Part shown: piece after piece, positions 19,030-29,285 of the stretch | Numbering within the stretch: the first letter of the stretch is position 1 | Layout: every line of letters begins with the position of its first letter | Source of the DNA: Patescibacteria group bacterium | Lineage (GTDB): Bacteria; Patescibacteriota; Patescibacteriia; UBA9934 | Length of the DNA: 64,000 nt | Reading direction: 5' to 3' | Assembly: GCA_038064675.1 (NCBI GenBank) | Contig: JBBTSM010000002.1 | Coordinates: 70,507 to 134,506, forward strand | Made by a program: the position numbers and the translations under genes | Notes under the pieces: generated by a model | The model's input: the letters and a program-made list of their open reading frames with translations, nothing else | What the model was told of the DNA's origin: nothing | Database searches by the model: none

Positions 19030-19058
19030 TTGCGTGATTTTCCTGGTTTTGCTACACT
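19030..19058 (+). promoter_or_regulatory. sigma70-like promoter TTGCGT-N17-TACACT upstream of tuf
   Basis: spacing and hexamers fit the consensus; about 80 nt upstream of the tuf ATG. Confidence 0.45.
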
Positions 19059-19136
19059 CTCGCCACATTTATTTTCCGAAAGTCTCACTCACTCGCTGAG
19101 TATTCCGCACACGGAATGCCCGCATAATTTCTTCGT

Positions 19137-20324
19137 ATGGCAGAACAGTTTGACCGCACAAAGCCGCACGTCAACGTCGGCACCATTGGTCACGTCGACC
19201 ACGGCAAGACCACCACAACCGCAGCAATTTTGCTTGTGGCTGCTACAATGGGAAACAAGGCGCAAACAAAGGGTATTAACGACCTTGATAAGGCGCCAGA
19301 ATCCAAGGCACGTGGTATCACCATTTCGACGGCGCACTGTGAGTACGAGACGGCAAACCGTCACTACGCACACGTGGACTGTCCAGGACACGCAGACTAC
19401 GTGAAGAACATGATCACGGGTGCTGCTCAGATGGACGGCGCAATTCTCGTCGTTTCCGCTGCTGACGGTCCAATGCCACAAACACGCGAACACATTTTGC
19501 TCGCAAAGCAGGTTGGCGTTCCTTCAATTCTCGTCTACTTGAACAAAGTTGACATGGTTGATGATCCAGAACTTATCGACCTCGTTGAGCAGGAAGTTCG
19601 CGATCTTTTGAAGAAGTACGATTTCCCAGGCGACGAAGTTCCAGTTATTCGCGGTTCTTCCGTGAAAGCACTCGAAGATCCAGCGGGTCCAGGTGGTCAG
19701 CCAATTCGCGATTTGCTCGCAGCATTGGATGCATACATCCCACAGCCAATTCGCGATCTTGATAAGCCTTTCCTTTTGCCAGTGGAAGACGTCTTCTCTA
19801 TTGAAGGACGCGGAACCGTGGTGACTGGTCGTATCGAGCGCGGTGTCTGTAACGTTGGAGACGAAGTAGAAATCGTCGGCATTAAGGACACCGTCAAGTC
19901 GACGGTGACCGGTATCGAAATGTTCAACAAGTCTTTGAACAAGGGTATGGCTGGCGACAACGCTGGTATTCTTCTCCGCGGTGTGAAGAAGGAAGACGTT
20001 GAGCGTGGTCAGGTTCTTGCAAAGCCAGGAACCGTGAAGCCACACACCAAGTTCGAAGCGGAAATCTACGCTTTGACCAAGGAAGAAGGTGGTCGTCACA
20101 AGCCATTCTTCAAGGGCTACAAGCCACAGTTCTACATCCGTACTACGGATGTGACCGGTGAAATCGCTCTTCCAGAAGGCACAGAGATGGTGATGCCAGG
20201 AGACAAGGTCAACGGTATCGTCACTCTTATCAACCCAGTCGCACTCGAAGAGAAGATGCGCTTTGCTATCCGCGAGGGTGGCCGAACGGTTGGTGCAGGT
20301 ATTGTCGTAAAAATTCTTGAATAA
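19137..20324 (+). CDS. tuf: elongation factor Tu
   Basis: [21 protein letters not shown], 395 aa. Confidence 0.97.
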   Translation: MAEQFDRTKPHVNVGTIGHVDHGKTTTTAAILLVAATMGNKAQTKGINDLDKAPESKARGITISTAHCEYETANRHYAHVDCPGHADYVKNMITGAAQMDGAILVVSAADGPMPQTREHILLAKQVGVPSILVYLNKVDMVDDPELIDLVEQEVRDLLKKYDFPGDEVPVIRGSSVKALEDPAGPGGQPIRDLLAALDAYIPQPIRDLDKPFLLPVEDVFSIEGRGTVVTGRIERGVCNVGDEVEIVGIKDTVKSTVTGIEMFNKSLNKGMAGDNAGILLRGVKKEDVERGQVLAKPGTVKPHTKFEAEIYALTKEEGGRHKPFFKGYKPQFYIRTTDVTGEIALPEGTEMVMPGDKVNGIVTLINPVALEEKMRFAIREGGRTVGAGIVVKILE

Positions 20325-20342
20325 TTCTTGAAAAAGAACATG

Positions 20343-20369
20343 AAGGCAGAACGCAAAAACGTCTGCCTT
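20343..20369 (+). terminator. hairpin AAGGCAGA..TCTGCCTT between tuf and rpsJ (attenuator or terminator)
   Basis: perfect 8-bp stem, followed by CCTCTGTTTC. Confidence 0.45.
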
Positions 20370-20398
20370 CCTCTGTTTCAGAAATCGCCCTTTTCACT

Positions 20399-20734
20399 AT
20401 GACCGACGCAACAAAAACAAAGGAAGACGTGAGGCAGCGGATTCGCATCAAGATCCGTGCCTACGATCACAAGGTGATCGACACTGCTACGCAGACCATC
20501 ATTAAGACGGCTGAGCGCAGTGGAGCAGAAGTTCTTGGTCCGGTTCCATTGCCAACGGAAATCCGTCGCTTCACGGTGAACCGTTCAACATTCATCGACA
20601 AGCAGTCTCGCGATCAGTACGAGATGCGCGTGCACAAGCGCTTGATCGACATCGTCAATCCAACAGAGCGAACAATCGATGCGCTCATGAGCTTGAACCT
20701 TCCAGCTGGCGTCGACATCGAAATCAAAATGTAA
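20399..20734 (+). CDS. rpsJ: 30S ribosomal protein S10
   Basis: [14 protein letters not shown]...[10 protein letters not shown] motif. Confidence 0.95.
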   Translation: MTDATKTKEDVRQRIRIKIRAYDHKVIDTATQTIIKTAERSGAEVLGPVPLPTEIRRFTVNRSTFIDKQSRDQYEMRVHKRLIDIVNPTERTIDALMSLNLPAGVDIEIKM

Positions 20735-20740
20735 TTCACC

Positions 20741-20799
20741 GCAGTGGGAACTGCGACGAGATCATCTCTCATAGACGGTTTCATCGCAGTTCCCACTGC
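20741..20799 (+). other. perfect 16-bp inverted repeat GCAGTGGGAACTGCGA / TCGCAGTTCCCACTGC with 27-nt loop, immediately after rpsJ
   Basis: seen directly in sequence; it begins 6 nt after the rpsJ stop in an unusually long rpsJ-rplC spacer (312 nt). Confidence 0.5.
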
Positions 20800-21046
20800 A
20801 AACGCTCCAACATCGAACCGAGAAGAAAGATTCGCTTGCGAAAAACCTTCTTGATGCTTCGTGAGGAGTTCGGGAGACCTCTTTTCAACGATAAAAAACT
20901 CAATCAACATCCGCACATCTCCTATGTGCATCCATTCGTTGTTTTGAGCTAGAAGTTTTTCGCCGTATGCGAAGCTTCTGGTTTTTTCGTTCAAAGGGCC
21001 CTTACTTAATACCGTTCCTCTGCCTTGCGCATGAACGAAAGATTCT

Positions 21047-21670
21047 ATGAAAGTTCTTCTCGGAAAGAAAATCGCCATGACACAGGTCTTCCGACCAGAT
21101 GGGTCGGTCGTGCCAGTGACGCTCATTGAAGCAGAGCCTTCGGTGGTCGTCGCGGTTCGCAATGATGTTCAGGGTCGCTCGGTGATGGTTGTCGGCTTCG
21201 ACAAAACCACCAACGTTACAAAAGCAGAAGCTGGAGTAACAGGAGACCTTGGCACGTTCCGAACATTGCGAGAGTTTCCTCTTGCAGACGGTGAAACCGC
21301 AGAGCGCGGCACCGCTATCACGGTTTCAGCCTTTACCATCGGTGACATCGTGAACATCGTCGGCACCTCAAAGGGCCGCGGTTTCCAAGGTGTTGTGAAG
21401 CGTCACGGATTCCATGGTCACCCACGAACGCACGGTCATAAGGACCAAGAACGTAAGTCGGGTTCCATCGGTGCCGGTGGCATTCAGCGCGTGTTCAAGG
21501 GAATGCGCATGGCCGGACGAATGGGAAGCGATCGTGTCACGGTCAAGAACCTCGAAGTGATGACGATTGATACGGAGAAGAACATTATCGGAATTAAGGG
21601 TGCAGTCCCTGGGAGCCGTGGAAGCCTCGTGACTATTCTCGCAACTGAAGGAAATGTATGGCTCAAGTAA
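21047..21670 (+). CDS. rplC: 50S ribosomal protein L3
   Basis: typical L3 sequence and position. Confidence 0.95.
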   Translation: MKVLLGKKIAMTQVFRPDGSVVPVTLIEAEPSVVVAVRNDVQGRSVMVVGFDKTTNVTKAEAGVTGDLGTFRTLREFPLADGETAERGTAITVSAFTIGDIVNIVGTSKGRGFQGVVKRHGFHGHPRTHGHKDQERKSGSIGAGGIQRVFKGMRMAGRMGSDRVTVKNLEVMTIDTEKNIIGIKGAVPGSRGSLVTILATEGNVWLK

Positions 21671-22290
21671 AACTCTACAATTGGAAGGGGACAGACGCTG
21701 GCATGGTCACATTGCCAGACGCATTGTTCGCTGTGGAACTAAACAGCAATCTCATCCACGATGTTATCGTCGCGCAAGAAGCAAACTCTCGCGTTGTCTT
21801 GGCACATACCAAAGACCGAAGCCAAGTTTCCGGTGGTGGAAAGAAGCCATGGAAGCAGAAGGGAACCGGTCGTGCACGTCACGGATCTTCCCGTTCACCA
21901 ATTTGGGTGGGTGGAGGTGTGACTCATGGTCCGCTCGCAGAGCGTAATTTCTCGGTGAAATTGAACAAGAAGACGAAGCGCACTGCGCTTGCCATGGTTC
22001 TTACCGACAAACTTCAGGACGGTGCGTTTATTGCGGTGGAAGACTTTGGTTTCCCAGAAGCAAAAACAAAGTTTGTCGCGCAAATGCGCGCAGCACTTCC
22101 TGGTGCTCGTGGTTCTGCGCTTATCGTTGTGACCGCTGATGATATTCTCATGAAGCGCGCAGCGAAGAACTTGCCTCGCACCACCACCATTCACGCCCAG
22201 AGCTTGAACGTTCGCGATGCTGCAAAGTACCGAACAATCGTGGCTTCAAAAGCTGCCATCGCGTCGATGGTTCAAACGTTTAGCGCGTAA
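21658..22290 (+). CDS. rplD: 50S ribosomal protein L4
   Basis: typical L4 sequence; overlaps the rplC end. Confidence 0.95.
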   Translation: MAQVKLYNWKGTDAGMVTLPDALFAVELNSNLIHDVIVAQEANSRVVLAHTKDRSQVSGGGKKPWKQKGTGRARHGSSRSPIWVGGGVTHGPLAERNFSVKLNKKTKRTALAMVLTDKLQDGAFIAVEDFGFPEAKTKFVAQMRAALPGARGSALIVVTADDILMKRAAKNLPRTTTIHAQSLNVRDAAKYRTIVASKAAIASMVQTFSA

Positions 22291-22293
22291 CGT

Positions 22294-22692
22294 ATGCCAA
22301 AGAAATCAACAACTGAAGTTGAGGTTGTCGCAAAGCCAGCGAAGAAGACTACAAAAAAGGCTGCCGCTGAAGTATCAGCCGCACCTGCATTGAAGTCGCT
22401 TTCCCGTTTTGCAACTGACACGCTTCTTGCACCAATGGTTACGGAAAAGATCGCGATGCTTTCAAGCAGCAACGTTATGGTTTTCCGCGTTGCACTTTCT
22501 GCAACTCGTGTTGCGGTAAAGCAGGCGTTTAAGGAGCTGTACGGAGTTACTCCAGTGAAGGTGAATGTCATCACCGTTCGTCCACGTGCCATGCACTTTG
22601 GGAAGTCCAATGGACACCTCAAGAGTTTCAAGAAAGCGATGATCTCGTTGCCAGTAGGAACGACGATCGACGTCTTTGCATCTGTTGTCTAA
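22294..22692 (+). CDS. rplW: 50S ribosomal protein L23 (with an N-terminal Lys/Ala-rich extension)
   Basis: position between L4 and L2; the C-terminal L23 core. Confidence 0.85.
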   Translation: MPKKSTTEVEVVAKPAKKTTKKAAAEVSAAPALKSLSRFATDTLLAPMVTEKIAMLSSSNVMVFRVALSATRVAVKQAFKELYGVTPVKVNVITVRPRAMHFGKSNGHLKSFKKAMISLPVGTTIDVFASVV

Positions 22693-22696
22693 GCGT

Positions 22697-23545
22697 ATGC
22701 CAATTAAACAATACAAACCAACAACAGCAGGCCGCCGGAAATCGAGCGTTCAGTCGTTCGCCGACGTGACGTCGACATCACCACAGAAGTCGCTCTTGCT
22801 TTCCCAAAAGCAGATGGCGGGTCGTGGTGCATCGGGTCACATCTCCGTTCGTCATCGTGGTGGTGGTGCAAAACGCCATGTCCGCTTGATCGACTGGAAG
22901 CGCGATAAATACGACATTCCAGCAAAAGTTCAAACAATCGAATACGATCCAAACCGTGGAGCTCGTATCGCCCTCCTTGCTTACGCAGACGGAGAAAAGC
23001 GTTACGTTCTCGCGCCACTTGGTCTCACGGTTGGAATGACTATCGTTTCCTCAAAGGAGCGTGGTGAGCCATCGATGGGAAATCGATTCCCACTTGAAAA
23101 GATTCCGGTCGGTATGCAGGTTCATAACATTGAGCTTGAGCCGGGTCGTGGTGGAAAGATGGTTCGCGGTGCGGGTGTTGCCGCGGAACTTCTCGCAATT
23201 GAAGGTGAGCGTGCAACGCTCCGCCTTCCATCCGGTGAGGTTCGCATGGTGCCAAAAACCTGTTTTGCAACTATCGGAACCGTTTCCAACCCAGATTGGC
23301 GTTTGGTGCGATGGGGAAAAGCTGGACGCATGCGTCATCGCAGCGTTCGTCCAACCGTTCGCGGAAAGGCGATGAACCCAGTCGACCACCCACACGGAGG
23401 TGGAGAGGCTCGAAACTCAATCGGTATGCCTTCACCAAAGACGCCAACCGGAAAGAAGGCACTTGGTGTGAAGACTCGCAAGAGCAAGAAACCATCCAAT
23501 GCGTTCATTGTTCGCCGCCGACAGCACGTGAAGCGTAACGCGTAA
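22697..23545 (+). CDS. rplB: 50S ribosomal protein L2
   Basis: [14 protein letters not shown]..., the GGGAKR and HPHGGGEA regions. Confidence 0.97.
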   Translation: MPIKQYKPTTAGRRKSSVQSFADVTSTSPQKSLLLSQKQMAGRGASGHISVRHRGGGAKRHVRLIDWKRDKYDIPAKVQTIEYDPNRGARIALLAYADGEKRYVLAPLGLTVGMTIVSSKERGEPSMGNRFPLEKIPVGMQVHNIELEPGRGGKMVRGAGVAAELLAIEGERATLRLPSGEVRMVPKTCFATIGTVSNPDWRLVRWGKAGRMRHRSVRPTVRGKAMNPVDHPHGGGEARNSIGMPSPKTPTGKKALGVKTRKSKKPSNAFIVRRRQHVKRNA

Positions 23546-23549
23546 TCCT

Positions 23550-23870
23550 ATGGCACGAAGTCTCAAAAAGGGTCCTTTCATCGACCCAAAGCTCGCGAAG
23601 AAGGTGTCGAATCTTCGCGCTGGTGACAAAACAGTAATCAAGACATGGGCACGTGCATCAACAATTACTCCGGAAATGGTGGGATTCACCTTCGGAGTCC
23701 ACAATGGACGAGAATTCGTTCAGGTCCGTGTAGTGGAGAACATGGTTGGTCACAAGCTTGGAGAATTCTCGCTCACACGAAAGTTCGTTCGTCATGCAGG
23801 AAAGGCGGCAGCAGCTGCCCCTGCAGCAGCACCGGCGGCAGCGCCAGCCGCAAAGAAACTTGCTCGCTAG
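23550..23870 (+). CDS. rpsS: 30S ribosomal protein S19 (with a C-terminal Ala/Pro-rich extension)
   Basis: [12 protein letters not shown]... Confidence 0.95.
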   Translation: MARSLKKGPFIDPKLAKKVSNLRAGDKTVIKTWARASTITPEMVGFTFGVHNGREFVQVRVVENMVGHKLGEFSLTRKFVRHAGKAAAAAPAAAPAAAPAAKKLAR

Positions 23871-23880
23871 TCCAAATATT

Positions 23881-24222
23881 ATGGAAGTCAAAGCGGTCGC
23901 AAAATTTATCCGAATCGCACCTCGCAAGACTCGTCTTGTGGTGGGGTTGATTCGAGGCAAGTCGGTGAATGAAGCTCGTCGTCAGCTGATGGTGTCCCCA
24001 AAGCTTGCAGCACGAACAGTCTTGAAGGCATTGAACTCTGCGGTTGCAAACGCAACGAACAACGCAAAGCTTGATCCTTCAACGCTCGTTGTTGTGAAGA
24101 CATGGGTCGACGAAGGCCCAAAGATTAAACGGTTTGCTCCACGTGCACAGGGTCGCGCGACACCAATTCGTCATCGAATGTCGCACATCCACGTTGTGGT
24201 CTCGCCAAAAATCACCACCTAA
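23881..24222 (+). CDS. rplV: 50S ribosomal protein L22
   Basis: MEVKAVAKFIRIAPRKTRLV... Confidence 0.93.
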   Translation: MEVKAVAKFIRIAPRKTRLVVGLIRGKSVNEARRQLMVSPKLAARTVLKALNSAVANATNNAKLDPSTLVVVKTWVDEGPKIKRFAPRAQGRATPIRHRMSHIHVVVSPKITT

Positions 24223-24225
24223 CCT

Positions 24226-24939
24226 ATGGGTCATAAAGTCAATCCAAAAGTCTTCCGTCTCTCCACGATTTACACGTGGGATTCGAAGTGGTTCGCTCGT
24301 GGAAAGCAGTTCGTGTCTTCGTTAAAAGAGGACGTGAACATCCGCGAATACTTGCGCAAGGCACTCCGTGACGTCGGTTTGGACTCGATCGGTATCGATC
24401 GCACACCAAAGCGCGTTACCATCACCATTCGTGCTGCAAAGCCGGGTGTGATTATCGGCCGCGCTGGTGCAGGAATCGAAGAGCTGAAGAAGAAGCTCTC
24501 GAAGGAGTTCTACCGCGGACAGCGCGTCACGTTGAACATCAACGTGGAAGAAGTCACGCGCCCAACGATGTCTGCGCAGATCATCGGCGATCAGATTGCC
24601 CGTGAAATTGAACAGCGTCTTCCATTCCGCCGATCCATGAAAATGGCAATCGAGCGCGTGATGAAGGGTGGTGCACGTGGTGTGAAGCTCACGCTTTCTG
24701 GCCGTTTGAACGGTTCGGAAATCGCGCGAACAGAAACCATCGCGAACGGCAGTATTCCTTTGCACAACCTTCGTGCCGACATCGACTTTGCTCGCGTGCG
24801 CGCAAATACGATTTTCGGAGTGATCGGTGTGAAAGTCTGGATCTATCGTGGTGACGTGTTCGGAACACCGGTAGAGGCACAGGCACAAACTGAGTCCGCA
24901 GAGCATCGTCCCGCACCTTCCCGCGGCGCACGGTCATAG
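24226..24939 (+). CDS. rpsC: 30S ribosomal protein S3
   Basis: MGHKVNPKVFRL..., a KH domain. Confidence 0.97.
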   Translation: MGHKVNPKVFRLSTIYTWDSKWFARGKQFVSSLKEDVNIREYLRKALRDVGLDSIGIDRTPKRVTITIRAAKPGVIIGRAGAGIEELKKKLSKEFYRGQRVTLNINVEEVTRPTMSAQIIGDQIAREIEQRLPFRRSMKMAIERVMKGGARGVKLTLSGRLNGSEIARTETIANGSIPLHNLRADIDFARVRANTIFGVIGVKVWIYRGDVFGTPVEAQAQTESAEHRPAPSRGARS

Positions 24940-24955
24940 GAATTGATATCCTCGT

Positions 24956-25369
24956 ATGTTGCTTCCGAAAAAAATGAAATACCGCAAGTGGCACAAGCGC
25001 CGAACAGCCGGCGACCGCTTAGCGACGCAAAAAACGGATGTTGCCTTTGGCTCATTTGGACTCAAGGCCATCACAGAGGCATGGGTTACTGCCCGACAAA
25101 TTGAGGCAGCACGTCGTGCAATGACACGTGCTATCAAGCGTGGTGGAAAAATCTGGATCCGCATTTTCCCAGATCACCCAGTCACGAACCATGGTGCTGA
25201 AGCGCCAATGGGTAAGGGAAAGGGTGGCGTCGATTACTACATGACACCAGTCCGCGCCGGTACCGTGATGTTCGAGATGGATGGTGTGACTCCGGAAATC
25301 GCTCAAGAAGCGTTCCGTCTCGCAGCATACAAACTTCCAGTGAAGACGAAGATTGTCACCCGAACCTAA
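24956..25369 (+). CDS. rplP: 50S ribosomal protein L16
   Basis: [16 protein letters not shown]... Confidence 0.97.
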   Translation: MLLPKKMKYRKWHKRRTAGDRLATQKTDVAFGSFGLKAITEAWVTARQIEAARRAMTRAIKRGGKIWIRIFPDHPVTNHGAEAPMGKGKGGVDYYMTPVRAGTVMFEMDGVTPEIAQEAFRLAAYKLPVKTKIVTRT

Positions 25370-25373
25370 GCAT

Positions 25374-25568
25374 ATGCCTACAAAGAACGAATTCGCGGGA
25401 CTCTCCGCAAAAGAGCTCTTGGCAATGATTGCTGAGGAACGCGCCAAGCTCCGTGACATGAACCTCAAACTTTCCGTTGGTCAATTGCGCGCGGTCCGCA
25501 CCGTCCGTGAGACCAAGAAACGTATCGCTCGTTTGGAGACACAGCGCTCCGCGATCAAAACCTCATAA
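25374..25568 (+). CDS. rpmC: 50S ribosomal protein L29
   Basis: a short helical protein between L16 and S17; start placed at MPTKNEF. Confidence 0.85.
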   Translation: MPTKNEFAGLSAKELLAMIAEERAKLRDMNLKLSVGQLRAVRTVRETKKRIARLETQRSAIKTS

Positions 25569-25570
25569 GT

Positions 25571-25867
25571 ATGGCAATCAAAAAGACATCACCAGTCGCT
25601 GAACAGCCAAAGGCTGAAAAAGTAACAATGCATCGCCGTTTTACTGGCGTGGTTGTTTCGGCGCACAAAACGCCAAAAACGATTGTCGTTCGGATTGATC
25701 GTACCGAGGTTCACCCAAAATACGGCAAGCGTTACATTGTGAGCACCAAGTTTATGGCGCACGATGAAGCGATGGTCGCAAATGAGGGTGACACGGTGAC
25801 TATTGAAGAGACGCGTCCGCTTTCGGCACGAAAGCGCTTCCGCGTTGTTTCAACGCCAAAAGCGTAA
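25571..25867 (+). CDS. rpsQ: 30S ribosomal protein S17
   Basis: typical S17 OB-fold sequence. Confidence 0.95.
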   Translation: MAIKKTSPVAEQPKAEKVTMHRRFTGVVVSAHKTPKTIVVRIDRTEVHPKYGKRYIVSTKFMAHDEAMVANEGDTVTIEETRPLSARKRFRVVSTPKA

Positions 25868-25878
25868 CCCGACTTTGT

Positions 25879-26250
25879 ATGTTGCAACATCGATCCATGA
25901 TGAGTGTCGCCGATAACACCGGCGCAAAAGTCCTCCAAGTCATTCGTGTCCTCGGCGGCTACAAAAAGCGGTACGCTCGTTTGGGCGACGTCGTGACTGC
26001 CGTTGTGAAGCAAGCTGCTCCACATACGATGGTAAAAAAGAGCGACGTGGTTCACGCCGTGATCGTTCGTACACGAAAAGAAGTTCGTCGAAAGGACGGC
26101 TCTTACATTCGTTTCGACGAAAATGCAGGCGTCATCATTAACCGCGTTTCAAAAGAGCCGAAGGGAACACGTATCTTTGGACCAATCGCTCGCGAGTTGC
26201 GCGCAGAAGGGTTCACAAAGATTGTGTCTCTTGCTCCTGAAGTCCTCTAA
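25879..26250 (+). CDS. rplN: 50S ribosomal protein L14
   Basis: [19 protein letters not shown]. Confidence 0.97.
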   Translation: MLQHRSMMSVADNTGAKVLQVIRVLGGYKKRYARLGDVVTAVVKQAAPHTMVKKSDVVHAVIVRTRKEVRRKDGSYIRFDENAGVIINRVSKEPKGTRIFGPIARELRAEGFTKIVSLAPEVL

Positions 26251-26260
26251 ATCCTCTCCT

Positions 26261-26584
26261 ATGAAAATCAAAACCGGAGACAATGTCCGCGTCATTGCGG
26301 GCAAACATAAAGGAAAAGAGGGAAAGGTCATTCAAACGTTCCCAGCGCGAGAACTCGTCGTCGTTGACGGTGTGAACCAAGCGGTGAAGCACATTAAGGC
26401 GAAGGGGAAGACTGCAGCTGGTCAGCGCGTCACCTTCAATGCGCCGTTCCAAGCATCGAAAGTCGCCATTATCGGCGAAGGCGGTGCAAAGGGTCGCGTG
26501 GGCTACTCGTTCATCACCAAAGATGGACGTCAGCAAAAAGTGCGCGTCCTTCGCACAAAGAAGGGTGTGACACAAATCGACTAG
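26261..26584 (+). CDS. rplX: 50S ribosomal protein L24
   Basis: MKIKTGDNVRVIAGKHKGKEGKV (KOW motif). Confidence 0.95.
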   Translation: MKIKTGDNVRVIAGKHKGKEGKVIQTFPARELVVVDGVNQAVKHIKAKGKTAAGQRVTFNAPFQASKVAIIGEGGAKGRVGYSFITKDGRQQKVRVLRTKKGVTQID

Positions 26585-26585
26585 T

Positions 26586-27134
26586 ATGCAGAATATCCAA
26601 GAACAAATGAAAACGACCGTTGGTCCAGCACTCCGAAAGGAATTTGGCTACACCAACATTCACGAGACGCCAGTCATCACGAAAGTGACGATCAACGCTG
26701 GGCTCGGGAAAGGAAAGGATGCCAAGTTTGCTGACGTGGTGGTTGAAACCTTCCGCCGCATCACTGGTCAACAGCCTGTCCGCACGAAGGCGAAGAAATC
26801 CATTGCAGGATTCAAGGTTCGTGAAGGCATGGTGGTCGGAGTCATGGCGACACTTCGTGGCAAGCGTATGTGGGATTTTCTCACGAAGCTTACGAACATC
26901 GCTTTCGCACGTATTCGTGACTTCCGCGGCATTCCTGAATCTGCTGTCGACAGCCAGGGCAACTTCAACTATGGATTTACGGAACACATCGCTTTCCCAG
27001 AAATTCATCCAGACGAAGTAGAGTCGCTCCACGGGCTCCAAGTGACAATTACAACAACGGCAAAGAACCACGAAGAAGGCATTGCCCTTCTCAAAGCGAT
27101 CGGATTCCCGTTCGCTTCCAAGCAACAGAAATAA
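26586..27134 (+). CDS. rplE: 50S ribosomal protein L5
   Basis: typical L5 sequence. Confidence 0.97.
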   Translation: MQNIQEQMKTTVGPALRKEFGYTNIHETPVITKVTINAGLGKGKDAKFADVVVETFRRITGQQPVRTKAKKSIAGFKVREGMVVGVMATLRGKRMWDFLTKLTNIAFARIRDFRGIPESAVDSQGNFNYGFTEHIAFPEIHPDEVESLHGLQVTITTTAKNHEEGIALLKAIGFPFASKQQK

Positions 27135-27137
27135 GCT

Positions 27138-27323
27138 ATGGCAACGACGAATCAAATCGCAAAGTCGGCGAAGAAGCCAAAGTTCAGCACACGCGTCGTT
27201 CATCGATGCTGGCGCTGTGGCCGTAAGCGCTTCTTCATGCGAGCCTTTGGCCTGTGCCGTATCTGTTTCCGTGAACTTGCGAACGTAGGTGAGATTCCGG
27301 GAATTCGAAAAGCAAGCTGGTAA
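27138..27323 (+). CDS. rpsZ: 30S ribosomal protein S14 type Z (zinc-binding, 61 aa)
   Basis: CWRCGRKRFFMRAFGLCRICFRE Cys4 motif. Confidence 0.95.
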   Translation: MATTNQIAKSAKKPKFSTRVVHRCWRCGRKRFFMRAFGLCRICFRELANVGEIPGIRKASW

Positions 27324-27327
27324 TCCT

Positions 27328-27723
27328 ATGATGACCGATCCAATTTCCGACATGCTCACCCGAATCCGCAACGCATCCATGACGCGTGCGGTGACTGTTG
27401 AGATGCCGATGTCTAAAATGAAGTTCGCAATGGCGAAGATCCTCGAAAAGGAGGGCTACCTTGTCGCTGTTGAAACGTTCCAAGATGGCGCAAAGCCAAT
27501 GCTGCGTGTTCGCCTTGCATATCGCGAGAGCGGCGAGCCAGCAATTGCATCTATCGTTCGAAAGAGCAAGCCAAGTCTTCGCGTGTACGTGAAAGCTGAT
27601 AACTTGCGTAGCGTCCGATCCGGACAGGGTTGTTCGATTCTTTCGACGCCAAACGGATTGATGACGAACAAAGAAGCGCACAAGCGTCGCTTGGGCGGTG
27701 AACTTATCTGCGAAATCTACTAA
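27328..27723 (+). CDS. rpsH: 30S ribosomal protein S8
   Basis: MMTDPISDMLTRIRNA. Confidence 0.95.
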   Translation: MMTDPISDMLTRIRNASMTRAVTVEMPMSKMKFAMAKILEKEGYLVAVETFQDGAKPMLRVRLAYRESGEPAIASIVRKSKPSLRVYVKADNLRSVRSGQGCSILSTPNGLMTNKEAHKRRLGGELICEIY

Positions 27724-27724
27724 T

Positions 27725-28276
27725 ATGTCTCGCATTGGAAAAAAACCAGTCTTCTTGCCGGCCGGTGTGACTGCGACTATCGCGGGAAACACGGTGTCCG
27801 CAAAAGGACCAAAGGGCGAGCTTTCGCTTGTGCTTCACCCGCACGCTGCCGCTGCGCTTTCTACGGAAGAAGGTGTTTCGCAGATTAATGTTACCGTCGT
27901 CGATCCAGATCGCGAAGACCGTGCAATTTGGGGAACCATGCGCGCGCTTATCGCGCAGATGGTGAAGGGTGTATCCGAAGGATACGTCAAAGCACTCGAA
28001 TTGAACGGTGTCGGATTCAAAATGAACTTGCAGGGAACGATGTTGGTGCTTTCCCTCGGCTTCTCGCACGATGTAAAATTCGTGTTGCCAGCAGGAATCA
28101 CGGCCAAGATCGAAACAAACGTTTTGACGATTAGCGGAGCAGATGCTGCGCTGGTTGGAAAGATCGCTGCAGAGATCCGTTCACAGAAAAAGCCTGAGCC
28201 ATACAAAGGCAAGGGTTTCCGCTATACTGACGAAATTATTCGTCGTAAGGCTGGTAAGGCGTCGAAGAGCGAATAA
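27725..28276 (+). CDS. rplF: 50S ribosomal protein L6
   Basis: MSRIGKKPVFLPAGV. Confidence 0.95.
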   Translation: MSRIGKKPVFLPAGVTATIAGNTVSAKGPKGELSLVLHPHAAAALSTEEGVSQINVTVVDPDREDRAIWGTMRALIAQMVKGVSEGYVKALELNGVGFKMNLQGTMLVLSLGFSHDVKFVLPAGITAKIETNVLTISGADAALVGKIAAEIRSQKKPEPYKGKGFRYTDEIIRRKAGKASKSE

Positions 28277-28285
28277 TCCCTCTCT

Positions 28286-28645
28286 ATGTTGCGAAAGAAT
28301 ATCCTCGCGAAACGTCACGGAAAAGCGCGCCGCGCTCTCCGGACTCGCGCAAAAATTCATGGCACTGCGGAGCGACCTCGCCTCACCGTATTTCGTTCCA
28401 GCAAGCACATTAGTGCTCAGTTGGTGAACGACGATATTGGCAAGACGTTGTGCTCGGCCTCCGATGTGAAGATGCCAAAGGCTGATAAGCCCCTGGTTCG
28501 AGCTGAAAATGTTGGCGTCGCTCTTGCGACGGCGGCAAAGACGCTTGGTGTCACTTCGGTGATCTTTGATCGCGGTTCGTATCTTTATCACGGTCGTGTC
28601 GCTGCGATTGCGGAAGCATGTCGCGCGAACGGACTTCAGTTCTAA
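28286..28645 (+). CDS. rplR: 50S ribosomal protein L18
   Basis: typical L18 sequence. Confidence 0.93.
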   Translation: MLRKNILAKRHGKARRALRTRAKIHGTAERPRLTVFRSSKHISAQLVNDDIGKTLCSASDVKMPKADKPLVRAENVGVALATAAKTLGVTSVIFDRGSYLYHGRVAAIAEACRANGLQF

Positions 28646-28648
28646 CCT

Positions 28649-29284
28649 ATGACCGACTCTCCAAAAACAACAGCACCAGTAGCAGCAACCGGAGCTGCAC
28701 GACCAGCATTTGGTGCCAATCGTGGCGCAGCAGGACGCGGTGGCCGTCCAGGTCAGGGCGGTCGACCAGGTGGAAATGATTCACGCGGCAAAGGTGGAGC
28801 ACGCGGTGGTCGTCGTGACGACCGTGAACCGCGCGAATTCGAGCAGAAGATTCTCGAACTTGCTCGTGTCACTCGTGTGACCAAGGGTGGAAAGCGTATG
28901 CGTTTCCGCGCGAGCTTGGTCATTGGTGATCGCCGTGGTCGCGTGGGATTCGGTGTTGCAAAGGGCGCTGACGTTGCGATGGCTGTGGAAAAGGCATTCC
29001 GTCAGGCCAAAAAGAACATGGTCACTGTTCCTCTCGTGAAGGAAACTATTCCACACGAAGTTCAGCGGAAGTTCGCTGCAGCAATCGTGCTTTTGAAGCC
29101 AGCTCCACAGGGTACCGGGCTTAAGTGCGGTGGTCCTGCACGTATGGTCTTGGAACTTGCTGGTGTACCAAACGCTGTTTCGAAGCTGATGGGTTCAAGC
29201 AACAAGATTAACAACGCAAAGGCAACGTTCTTGGCGCTTGTCGCATTGCGCAAGCCGGAATCTGCTCCAGTTATTACCGCTTAA
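28649..29284 (+). CDS. rpsE: 30S ribosomal protein S5 (with an N-terminal Gly/Arg-rich extension)
   Basis: RVTRVTKGGKRMRFRALVVIGD core. Confidence 0.95.
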   Translation: MTDSPKTTAPVAATGAARPAFGANRGAAGRGGRPGQGGRPGGNDSRGKGGARGGRRDDREPREFEQKILELARVTRVTKGGKRMRFRASLVIGDRRGRVGFGVAKGADVAMAVEKAFRQAKKNMVTVPLVKETIPHEVQRKFAAAIVLLKPAPQGTGLKCGGPARMVLELAGVPNAVSKLMGSSNKINNAKATFLALVALRKPESAPVITA

Positions 29285-29285
29285 T

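Noticed and set aside
20614-21162. 182-aa minus-strand ORF spanning the end of rpsJ, the whole rpsJ-rplC spacer and the start of rplC
   Set aside because: Overlaps two certain ribosomal protein genes and reads straight through the 16-bp perfect hairpin; no independent start context.
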